Of a DNA stretch of 58,362 nucleotides, positions 1 to 8,600 are shown one piece after another. This DNA comes from Luteolibacter sp. (GTDB lineage: Bacteria > Verrucomicrobiota > Verrucomicrobiia > Verrucomicrobiales > Akkermansiaceae). Every line of letters starts with the position of its first letter. Position 1 is the first letter of the stretch. Both the position numbers and the translations under genes were made by a program. The DNA is taken from the NCBI GenBank assembly GCA_031419215.1, contig JANOKL010000408.1, positions 1 through 58,362 on the forward strand. Reading direction: 5' to 3'. A model generated the notes under the pieces. It was not told the DNA's origin and did no database searches. It saw nothing but the letters and a program-made list of their open reading frames with translations.

Positions 1-394
1 GCACGCAAACGGCGGCTTCCTGCTCATCGAGTGGAGACATCCGGGTAACCGAAACCCAACCGCGTTTGATCAGTTCCGCCAAGGGCGTGGCGGTGTAGAG
101 CCGGCTGCGGCGTGCCACGTCCGGTTTGGCTTTTTGTTGCCGGGCCTGATGCAGGCTGTAGTTGGATTGCAACGTGGACCAGAAAGCGGCGTCTACCCCG
201 AAGGCCTCGCCCAGCTCGATGGCGGTCTCGGCGGTGATTTGCTTTTTGGCGGTGATGATCTCGCTGATCGCCTGGGCTGGCCGGCCCATCACGGCGGCCA
301 GATCGTTCTGCGTCCAGCCGCGGGCATCCAGCTCACGCTGGATGATCTGCCCGGGTCGTATGGGGCGGGCCGGGCCTTTGGTGCTCTTGAACAT
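1..394 (-). CDS. higA: HigA-family antitoxin (Xre HTH) with C-terminal extension; partial, runs off the window edge
   Basis: Missing from the ORF track because it has no stop in the window. Hand translation from ATG 394 gives MFKSTKGPARPIRPGQIIQRELDARGWTQNDLAAVMGRPAQAISEIITAKKQITAETAIELGEAFGVDAAFWSTLQSNY...RLYTATPLAELIKRGWV..., a typical HigA pattern directly downstream of higB. Confidence 0.88.
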   Translation of the reverse strand, partial: MFKSTKGPARPIRPGQIIQRELDARGWTQNDLAAVMGRPAQAISEIITAKKQITAETAIELGEAFGVDAAFWSTLQSNYSLHQARQQKAKPDVARRSRLYTATPLAELIKRGWVSVTRMSPLDEQEAAVCV

Positions 395-426
395 GGGGTT
401 TCCTCCTTTTGCGGGGCTTGTGTGGG

Positions 427-723
427 TCAGTGGTAGTCTTCGATGTCCTTGATCAACAAGTAGCTGCCATCCTCGTCCTTGAGCACCTCCACGATCAAGC
501 GCCACTGCTTGTTGAGGCGCAGTGAGCGCTCGTGTTTGCGGGGCCCCTTCAGTTTTTCGAAATGCAGGGATTTCAGTTCATAGAGGGTGCGCTCGTCAGG
601 CGCGCCGTCGATCATGGTCAATACTTCAAAGAACGCGGCGAGTGCTCCGGCATCGTACTTGGAGGCACCCTTCTCCTCTTCGTAGAGCAGGAGAAGCTTG
701 CGCGTTTTGAAGGAGAATCTCAT
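427..723 (-). CDS. higB: HigB/RelE-like toxin (plasmid maintenance killer family)
   Basis: 98 aa with LHFEKLKG..SLRLNKQWRL and the C-terminal IEDYH signature; toxin gene precedes the antitoxin gene. Confidence 0.9.
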   Translation of the reverse strand: MRFSFKTRKLLLLYEEEKGASKYDAGALAAFFEVLTMIDGAPDERTLYELKSLHFEKLKGPRKHERSLRLNKQWRLIVEVLKDEDGSYLLIKDIEDYH

Positions 724-743
724 CGGAGCGTGGATTCATGGAT

Positions 744-1946
744 TCACCCTTTGGGTGAATCATCGCTTTTGTCAAAGGATTTTACGAAGTTCACCCGGAT
801 CTTTCCCGTCAGCAGCCGCTGCATCAGGCCGCGCTTTTGCTGGTCGAGGGTTTGGCGTTGGGTGCGGAGGAGGGTGAGTTCCTGATCGGCGGTGTCGAGG
901 AGTATGCCAATACGACGTTGATCCTCTACTGGAGGGAATGGGAGCTTGATGAAGCCAAAGTCAGTGAAGCTGATCTGCTTACCATCACGGATTCCGATCA
1001 CGGCAGTTGCAAGTCGACTGACGAAGTCTGCTGACTTGAAATAGTGTTTGAAAAACAAGCAATCCAGATCACATCGTGGATGAATGATATGGTAGGCGGG
1101 GCTGACAGCTCCCTCTATTTCTGAATATTCCAGCCCACCCTGGAAGGAACGCAGGCTGATTACAAAATCGCCTTTGCGCACCACTTTGTAGGAACCATTT
1201 GTCTCCTCGTCATGTCCAATTCTCCGGTCCAGAGAGGAGCGTAAGACTACGCCCTGATCTTGGGTTACGGAGAGGATTGGTAGACCGTTGGTGTTTCTCT
1301 CGGATCGATTGGTGAAGAGTTCCGAAGCCCTCACAAATTTAATGCCACCCTTCGCGCCCTTCACTCGGGTTTTGCCGGTGAGGAGTTGCTGCATGAGCGC
1401 CTGTTTCTGGCGAGTTTTGGCGGCGATGAGGGCGTCGAGGGTTTTGAGGGACTCGTCCCAGGTGGAGAGGATGTCGGCGATCTTGCGTTGTTCGGGTAGG
1501 GGCGGGAGATGGACTGGTAATTCAGAAAGAGCCGCTTTTGTAAGCTTGAATCTTCCAACGCCCTGCCTGGTCAGGAATGGCGTTAGGTCTGCATGCATGA
1601 AAAAATAGAACAGCCACTTTGTGGTGCATTCATTCCTGCCTCGCACCAGATGGGCATGGTTGTTCACATTGAATTGTCCCGAAACAAGCAGTGTCATTTG
1701 CCGGTCTCGGAATTTGAGAAAGTGATCACCATCCTCTCCGATGAGCATGTATTCACCATCAATTCGCGCCTCGTTGATCCAGGCAAGGATACCAGTGGGA
1801 CCGTAGTAGGGAAATGGTCCGCTAATGCTTGCACGCTCCGCCTCGCTGATCGGAAATCTGAGGTTATTGGCGATATTTGCAGATTCGCCGATGGTCGAAA
1901 TGCGCCAACCGATTGGGCAATGACTAAGTGACACAAGATTCATCAT
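744..1946 (-). CDS. hsdS: Type I restriction-modification specificity subunit (two TRDs)
   Basis: Two repeated conserved regions (LPPLPEQRKIADILS..KQALMQQLLTGK and FPPVEDQRRIG..KRGLMQRLLTGK) flank visibly AT-richer TRDs. Confidence 0.95.
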   Translation of the reverse strand: MMNLVSLSHCPIGWRISTIGESANIANNLRFPISEAERASISGPFPYYGPTGILAWINEARIDGEYMLIGEDGDHFLKFRDRQMTLLVSGQFNVNNHAHLVRGRNECTTKWLFYFFMHADLTPFLTRQGVGRFKLTKAALSELPVHLPPLPEQRKIADILSTWDESLKTLDALIAAKTRQKQALMQQLLTGKTRVKGAKGGIKFVRASELFTNRSERNTNGLPILSVTQDQGVVLRSSLDRRIGHDEETNGSYKVVRKGDFVISLRSFQGGLEYSEIEGAVSPAYHIIHPRCDLDCLFFKHYFKSADFVSRLATAVIGIRDGKQISFTDFGFIKLPFPPVEDQRRIGILLDTADQELTLLRTQRQTLDQQKRGLMQRLLTGKIRVNFVKSFDKSDDSPKG

Positions 1947-3010
1947 CCCACCTCCTCTCCCGCCGACTTGGCTGAATGTTTGATTTCGCCTGTCGGCTTG
2001 CCTGCTTCGATTTCCTTCGCGAGGGATTCGAGGGCTTTGACGTCTTCGGCATCGGCGGCGAGGCGTTCGGTTTCGCGGCGGCGGCCGTCGAATTCCTCGT
2101 AGCGTTCGCCGACGATTTCCTTCATGCGGCTGTGGCTCATGCGGCCCGGGCCTTGGAGGACGGGGCGTTCGTTGAATTCCAGCAGGCGGTCCACGTTGCT
2201 GCGCCAGTAGTCAAGATCGAGCTGCTTGCCGGACTTCACCCGCAATTCGGCCTGTTCGAGGAAGATGACCGTGAGGCGGTTGAGAGTGTCCACCTCGTCG
2301 GCATTGAGGTAGTTCTTGGCCACGAGGATGTCGTGCTTGCGAACGCGGGAGCCGCTCCAGGTCATGAGGTTCATGTTCGGCTGAGAGGGATCGGCCCGCT
2401 GGACGACGAGTTCGGCCGCGGTGTGGCGTGTGACGGCAAATAGCATCTTGTTCTGGATCTCCGCAAAGAAGCGGCCGGACTCCGCCGGGTCGTCCCGGTA
2501 ATCGCGGCTGAGGGCGAGGAGGTCGCGGACCTTCTGATAGAAACGCTGCTCGGACGCGCGGATTTCCCGGATGCGGGCCAGCAACTCGTCGAAGTGATCC
2601 CATCCTCCCTCCGGGTGCTTGAGCTTCTCGTCGTTCATGACGAAGCCCTTGACGAGGTATTCAGAGAGGTGGGAGGTGGCCCACTGGCGGAACTCCGTGC
2701 CACGCGCCGAGCGGACACGGTAGCCCACGGCGAGGATCATCTCCAAGCGGTAGAGCTTGGTGCGGTAATTCTTGCCGTCGGCGGCAGTGATTAAGGATTC
2801 CTTAACCACTGAATCCGCATCCAACTCCCTCTCCTTAAGAATGTTGCGGATGTGGATATTGATGTTGGGCGTGGTCGTCTGGAAAAGCTCGGCCGTTTCG
2901 GCCTGGGTCAGCCAGACGGTTCCCCCGTCCACGCGGAGGGCGAAATCCGGTCGTCCCTTGCGGCCGGGGTAGAGGATGATCTGAGGCTCGGGGCTTTCCA
3001 TGGGGGTCAC
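1943..3010 (-). CDS. RhuM-family (virulence RhuM-like) protein
   Basis: TVWLTQ..AELFQTT..NINIHI, ILAVGYRVRS.RGTEFRQWA..L.EYLVKGFVMNDE, and FDELLARIREIRASE. Overlaps both hsdM and hsdS by 4 bp. Confidence 0.9.
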   Translation of the reverse strand: MTPMESPEPQIILYPGRKGRPDFALRVDGGTVWLTQAETAELFQTTTPNINIHIRNILKERELDADSVVKESLITAADGKNYRTKLYRLEMILAVGYRVRSARGTEFRQWATSHLSEYLVKGFVMNDEKLKHPEGGWDHFDELLARIREIRASEQRFYQKVRDLLALSRDYRDDPAESGRFFAEIQNKMLFAVTRHTAAELVVQRADPSQPNMNLMTWSGSRVRKHDILVAKNYLNADEVDTLNRLTVIFLEQAELRVKSGKQLDLDYWRSNVDRLLEFNERPVLQGPGRMSHSRMKEIVGERYEEFDGRRRETERLAADAEDVKALESLAKEIEAGKPTGEIKHSAKSAGEEVG

Positions 3011-4497
3011 AGTCCGAGTTCCTTGAGGTAGCCGTCCATTTTCGCCCGGACAGCGGTGAGTTGGGATTCCAGGCTGGCGATTTCCTGTTTCACCGCGCCG
3101 AGGTCGATTTCCGCCTCCTCCTCGAAGGTATCGACGTAGCGCGGGATGTTGAGGTTGAAGTCGTTGTCGGCGAGTTCCTGCGGGGTGGCGCGGTAGGCGT
3201 ATTTCTCGACGGTATGGAAGGCCTTGTGGGTGGCGACGATTCTGTCGAGGTGTTCCTCAGTGAGGACGTTCTGGTTTTTCGCGTCCTTGAAGTCGCGGGA
3301 GGCGTCGATGAAGAGGACGTCGCCGTGGGTCTTGCCCTTGTTGAAGAGCAGGATGGCGGCGGGGATGCCGGTGCCGAAGAAGAGATTGGCGGGCAGGCCG
3401 ATGACGGCTTCGAGGAGGTTTCCCTCGATCATCTTTTGGCGGATGCGGCCCTCGGCGGCTCCCCGGAAGAGGACGCCGTGGGGGACGACCACGCCGATGC
3501 GGCCGGTGCCCTCGCGGGCGGTCTCGACCATGTGGGAAATGAAGGCCCAATCGCCCTTCGACTTCGGCGGCAAGCCGCGATGGTAGCGATGGAAGGGATC
3601 GGCGGAGGCTTCCTCGTAGCCCCACTTGTCGAGGGAGAAGGGCGGATTGGCGACGACGATGTCGAACTTCATCAAACGGTCGCCCTCGATGAGGCGCGGG
3701 TTGCGCAGGGTGTCGCCCCATTCGATGCGGAAGTTGTCCATGCCGTGGAGGAACATGTTCATGCGGCAGAGGGCGTGGGTGGTGCCGTTCATTTCCTGGC
3801 CGAAAAGCGCGAAGTCCCGCTCGTCCGCCTGGCGGCCGACCTTGATGAGAAGCGAGCCGGAGCCGCAGGTGGGGTCGCAGATGGTGTCACCCTTCTTCGG
3901 TGCGAGCAGCAGGGCGAGGAGCTTCGAAACCTGGCCGGGCGTGTAGAACTCGCCGGCCTTTTTCCCGGCGTCCGAGGCGAAGCGCTCCAGCAGGTATTCA
4001 TAGACATTGCCGATGACGTCCTCCTCGCCGACGACGGAAGGGCAGAGGTCGAGCTTGGGCGTGGCGAAGTCCTCCAGCAGCATCTTGAGGCGGGTGTTGC
4101 GATCACGCGTCTGGCCGAGCTTGGACTCCGAGTTGAAATCCACCTCGCGGAAGACGCCTTCGAGCTTCGCCTTATTGGCCTCTTCAATCCCGGCGAGGGC
4201 GATGTTCATGCGCTCGCCGATGTCGGTCTTTTCCCGCTGGGCGTGAATGGAGTAGAAATCGCAGCCATCCGGGAGCTGGAAACGCTCGCGTGCCAAGCGA
4301 CGGGTCACGCGGGTCTCGTCGCCTTTGAATTCCTTCAGATAGGCCTCGCGATGGTCGCGCCAGACATCGGTGACGTATTTCCAGAACAGCATCACGAGGA
4401 TGTAGTTCCGGTAGTTCTCGGCATCGACGACGCCACGGAAGGTGTCACAGGCGCGCCAGGCGACGTCGTTGATTTCGGATTGGTTGATCTTGGACAT
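3007..4497 (-). CDS. hsdM: Type I RM N6-adenine methyltransferase subunit
   Basis: GEFYTP, DPTCGSGSLL (motif I), VANPPF (motif IV), PHGVLFRG and FNLNIPRYV. Confidence 0.97.
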   Translation of the reverse strand: MSKINQSEINDVAWRACDTFRGVVDAENYRNYILVMLFWKYVTDVWRDHREAYLKEFKGDETRVTRRLARERFQLPDGCDFYSIHAQREKTDIGERMNIALAGIEEANKAKLEGVFREVDFNSESKLGQTRDRNTRLKMLLEDFATPKLDLCPSVVGEEDVIGNVYEYLLERFASDAGKKAGEFYTPGQVSKLLALLLAPKKGDTICDPTCGSGSLLIKVGRQADERDFALFGQEMNGTTHALCRMNMFLHGMDNFRIEWGDTLRNPRLIEGDRLMKFDIVVANPPFSLDKWGYEEASADPFHRYHRGLPPKSKGDWAFISHMVETAREGTGRIGVVVPHGVLFRGAAEGRIRQKMIEGNLLEAVIGLPANLFFGTGIPAAILLFNKGKTHGDVLFIDASRDFKDAKNQNVLTEEHLDRIVATHKAFHTVEKYAYRATPQELADNDFNLNIPRYVDTFEEEAEIDLGAVKQEIASLESQLTAVRAKMDGYLKELGL

Positions 4498-4514
4498 GGG
4501 TCGGTGAAGGGGAA

Positions 4515-5105
4515 TCAGGGTTGGCCTGCTGCCTTGAGGAGGCTGAGTTCGAGATGGGTTTGGCGGAGGGTGGAGAGACTAGTTTCCAATCGCTGGGCCT
4601 CGCGCTGAAGGTGGTCAAGTTCGACGATCCGATGCTGAAGGTCGAGGGGTGGCAGGGAAACGGGGAAATTCTGGAGGTCGCCGAGTTGGAGGGTTTTCAC
4701 CAGGGTGCCTTTGCGATGGGTCGAGAAGTACTGGCTGGCCGTCGATGTCCTGAGAAGCCAGGCCAGATACTCGGGCATCAGGCCCGAGGAGGACTTCACT
4801 TGGATGACATAGAACTGCGCTCCCACAAAGGTGCGCGGATCCTCACTCCTGAAGACGCTGGCGGTGGTACGGAGACCCCGATTCGGGAAAAGGACGTCGC
4901 CCGGCTGGAGGAAGAAGCTTTCCTTGATAGTCTCCCTCGGTTCGATCCGACAAAAGTCGTGGGTGCGGAAGGTTCCATCGTCGGCAAGGTCGCCGATCTG
5001 GATCAGCCGACATGAACCCTGGGGATCGGGACGCGTGGCGTCCCGACCCCGCAGGGTCACTCCCATGCGGATCTTCGATAGTGTTCCTAGTGGAAGGGTG
5101 GACAT
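4515..5105 (-). CDS. Half-size HsdS-like protein (one TRD plus one conserved helix)
   Basis: LQPGDVLF..RG, PEYLAWLL and LPPLDLQHRIVEL resemble one HsdS repeat; it lies immediately upstream of hsdM. Confidence 0.75.
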   Translation of the reverse strand: MSTLPLGTLSKIRMGVTLRGRDATRPDPQGSCRLIQIGDLADDGTFRTHDFCRIEPRETIKESFFLQPGDVLFPNRGLRTTASVFRSEDPRTFVGAQFYVIQVKSSSGLMPEYLAWLLRTSTASQYFSTHRKGTLVKTLQLGDLQNFPVSLPPLDLQHRIVELDHLQREAQRLETSLSTLRQTHLELSLLKAAGQP

Positions 5106-5118
5106 GGGAGCGGGTCGA

Positions 5119-5406
5119 TCAGGGACATTCCGGCAGGCTCAGCAGATTGTTCGGCTGCTCACCGTCATTCTGGGTTTTCAGATACTTGTGGCCGCTCGCG
5201 GATGTGGCGATGACGACCCAGACGGATTGGCCGTTGACGCTGACATAGAACTTCCAGGTAGCGGATTCGATGCCTTTGATGGCGGCGTCGAGATCGAGTT
5301 TCCATCGAGTTCCGTAGGCTTTCAGGCCTCCGATGCTCTTGATGCGTTCGTGGGCGTTCTGACGGTCGGTCTTGTTGATGCAGCTGATCTGCACGTTGGT
5401 AGCCAT
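5119..5406 (-). CDS. DUF3892 domain protein
   Basis: ISCINK.DR.NAHERI..IGG, FYVSVNG and KYLKT..DG..PNNLLSLPEC match the DUF3892 pattern. Confidence 0.85.
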   Translation of the reverse strand: MATNVQISCINKTDRQNAHERIKSIGGLKAYGTRWKLDLDAAIKGIESATWKFYVSVNGQSVWVVIATSASGHKYLKTQNDGEQPNNLLSLPECP

Positions 5407-5425
5407 GGTGGTGTTGGTAGGTATT

Positions 5426-5455
5426 TCCCGCCGCTGCGAGTCCGGCGGGATTTTT
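5426..5455 (+). terminator. Terminator-like hairpin oriented antisense to the RM operon
   Basis: TCCCGCCG-N9-CGGCGGGA followed by TTTTT. Confidence 0.45.
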
Positions 5456-5530
5456 CTTGGATCCTTAACCCCCTCAGAGCTACCGTTCAGGTCTCACGCT
5501 CCTGGCTGCTCAAAAGGTGGTCTTGGACGG

Positions 5531-5563
5531 AAGCCCGGGGGGCACCAGCCTCCCGGGTTTTTT
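5531..5563 (+). terminator. Terminator-like hairpin oriented antisense to the RM operon
   Basis: AAGCCCGGGGGGC-ACCA-GCCTCCCGGGTTT ending in a T6 run; its G-U pairs form only on the + strand. Confidence 0.55.
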
Positions 5564-5633
5564 CCCTCGCTGGTCTGAACCTTACCAGAACGGTTTGCCG
5601 ATTTCAAGAGTTTGTTCGTCACACTCGCCAATC

Positions 5634-5653
5634 GTGCACCGAGACAGGTGCAC
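5634..5653. promoter_or_regulatory. Perfect inverted repeat, possible operator or hairpin
   Basis: GTGCACC-GAGACA-GGTGCAC, between the uvrA stop and the RM leader. Confidence 0.35.
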
Positions 5654-5682
5654 ATCGGTTGTGATGCGGAACCTTCCGTGCG

Positions 5683-8600
5683 TTAAATTGCCAACGCCGC
5701 GCTGAGAAACGGCGCGGTTCGGGACTTCTTCGACTTGGCGACGGTTTCCGGGGTGCCTTGGGCGACCAGGGTGCCGCCGCCGGCTCCGGCTTCGGGGCCG
5801 ATGTCTAGGATCCAGTCGGCCTCGGCGGCGACGGCCATGTGGTGCTCGATGACGACAACCGTGTGGCCTTCATCGACGAGGCGGTGCAGGACGTCGATGA
5901 GGCGCTTCACGTCCTCCAGGTGGAGGCCGACGGTGGGCTCCTCGATCAGGTAGAGGTTGGTGCGGCTGAGGGTCTTGACGTTCTTCACTGAGACGCGGCC
6001 CTTGGTGAGTTCGGAGACGAGCTTGATGCGCTGCGCCTCGCCGCCGGAAAGCGTGGGCGAGGCCTGGCCGAGCTGGAGGTAGCCGAGGCCGGTGTCGGCG
6101 AGGAGTTGCAGCGGGCGGGAAAGCCGTGGCTGCGACTCGAAGAAGGACGCGGCCTCGTCGATGGTCATCGCGAGGACATCGCCGATGGTCTTGTCGCGGA
6201 AGGTGACCTCGAGCGTGGCGGAGTTGTAGCGCTGACCGTTGCAGGTCTCGCAATGCACCCAGGTGGACGGCAGGAAATCCATTTCCAGCTTCACCCGACC
6301 ATTGCCGCCGCAGTCGGAACAGCGACCGCCCTCGGTGTTGAAGGAAAAGCGCGAGGCCTCGAAGCCGCGCATGCGGGATTCCGGAAGCTGGGCGTAGAGG
6401 GCGCGGATGTCGTCGAAGATCTTCACATACGTCGCCGGACAGGAGCGGGAGGTTTTTCCGATCGGCGACTGATCGACTTCGTAAACATTCTGGATCGTTT
6501 CGAATCCCGTCGCGGACTTGTAGGTCTGCTTCTTGGCTTGGCGCTTGGAAAGCGCCGCCACGGCGAGGCAGCCGTGCATGAAGGAGGATTTTCCGGAACC
6601 GGAGATGCCTGTTAGAACCGTGAGCCGTCCGAGCGGAATCGCGACATCAATATTCTTCAAATTGTTCGCCGAGCAGCCATTGATCTTCAAAAACGGATGA
6701 TCCTTCTTCACCGCCCGACGCGAGCCGCGCGTCGGGTGAATGATTGGGTGGGAGAGGGCGCGATAAGTGGGAGAGAGCTCAACATCGAACATCGAACGTC
6801 CAACATCGAACGTCGAAGTTTTAGAGGTCTTCCTCTTCTTTGGAACTTGGCCGTTGGCACTTGGAACTTGAGGCGGCGGTCCTTGGTAGACGATTTCCCC
6901 ACCAAGACGGCCAGCGCCGGGGCCCAGGTCGATGAGGTGATCGGCTCGGGCGATGGTGTCTTCGTCGTGTTCGACGACGATGAGCGAGTTGCCCTTGTCG
7001 CGCAGGGCGAGGAGGGTGTCGAGGAGCGCGGCGTTGTCGCGTGGGTGGAGGCCGATGGTCGGTTCATCGAGGACGTAGAGCACGCCACGGAGGTTCGATC
7101 CGAGCTGGGCGGCGAGGCGGATGCGCTGGCTTTCCCCGCCGCTGAGGGTCTTGGCGGAACGGTCGAGCTGGAGGTAGCCGAGGCCGACCTCGCTGAGGAA
7201 CGAGAGCCGCTGGCGGATCTCCGGGATGATGTCGCGGCTGATGAGGGCATCGCGGTCGCCCTTTAACGAGAGCTTTTCGAAGTGGGTGGTGGCGTGGTCG
7301 ATGGCGAGCCGGGAAAGGTCGCGGATCGGCGTGCCGGCAAGCTGGACGCAGGAGGCGATGCGGTTGAGGCGTGCGCCCTTGCAGGACGGGCACTCGACGA
7401 GTTCCTCATCCTCCATGCGTTCGATCGCGCGGTCGGCATCGAGTTCCGCCTCCAGGACGGAGTCGAAGCGCGAGGTGTCGAGCATGCGCCGGCGCTTCGG
7501 CACCAGACCGTGGCCCCGGCAATCCGGGCACCAACCGTGGGGCGAGTTGAACGAGAACAGGCGGGGGTCGAGTTCCTCGAAGGACTTCCGGCATGATGGA
7601 CAGCTCGCTTCGCTGGAGAGGATCAGGAACTTCTTGTCGGCGTAGAGTTTGATGGTGCCCTTTCCGATTTCGAGGGCGCGGCTGATTTGGGAAGGGAGTT
7701 CGGCGAGTTCGGCTTGGCGGTTGGAAACCGCCGCCACGACCACATCGATGTCGTGTTCCTTGAAACGTTCGAGGCGTTGGAAGTTTTCGGCGTCCTTGAA
7801 CTGCTTGTCTACTAGGAGTCTCGTATATCCCTGTTTGAGGGCCCACTCGGCGACTTCGGTGTGGAAGCCTTTGCGGCCGCGGATGACGGGGGCGAGGATC
7901 GAGACCGGACCCTTTTTCAGATAGGTGCGGATCGTGTTTTCGATGGCGGCGACCGATTGCTTTTCCACCGGGACCTGGCAGTCCGGGCAGAACTGGGTGC
8001 CGAGCTTCGAGTAGAGCAGGCGGATGAAGTTCCAGAGTTCGGTGACGGTGGCGACCGTGGATTTTCCGCCGCCGCGTGAGACGCGCTGTTCGATGGCGAC
8101 CGTGGGAGGAAGACCGGCGAGGAGGTCGAGCTCGGGCTTTTCCAACTGCTCGGCGAACTGGCGGGCGTAGGCCGACATCGAGTCGAGGAAACGGCGTTGG
8201 CCTTCGGCGAAGAGGATGTCGAAGGCGAGGGTGGATTTCCCGGAGCCGCTGAGGCCGGAGATCACGACGAATTGGTCGCGCGGGATGTCGATCGAGATGT
8301 TCTTGAGGTTGTGGTGGCGGGCGCCGCGGAGCTGGATGGAGGATGAAGATGCAGACGGAGCGGGACGCTCCAGAGACGGACTGGAGCGGGACGCTCCAGC
8401 CACAAGGACGCCGTGAAGATGAGTGGCGGTTTCGGTGCCTAGGGTGATGATGTGTTCGGGCGAGCCTTCGCCGACGAGCTGGCCACCCTTCGCGCCGGCT
8501 TCGGGCCCGAGGTCGAGGATCCAGTCGGCGCACTTCATCACGTCGAGGTTGTGCTCAATGACGAGAAGCGAGTGGCCGGAATCGACGAGTGACTGGAACA

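Noticed and set aside
3061-4608. Long antisense ORFs (also 22860-24641, 34819-36417, 37241-38806, 41002-42123 and others)
   Set aside because: These are shadow frames of GC-rich conserved genes with no recognisable motifs.
744-5105. Phase-variable (invertible) hsdS shuffling
   Set aside because: Both S genes are co-oriented; I saw no recombinase and no inverted repeats shared between them.
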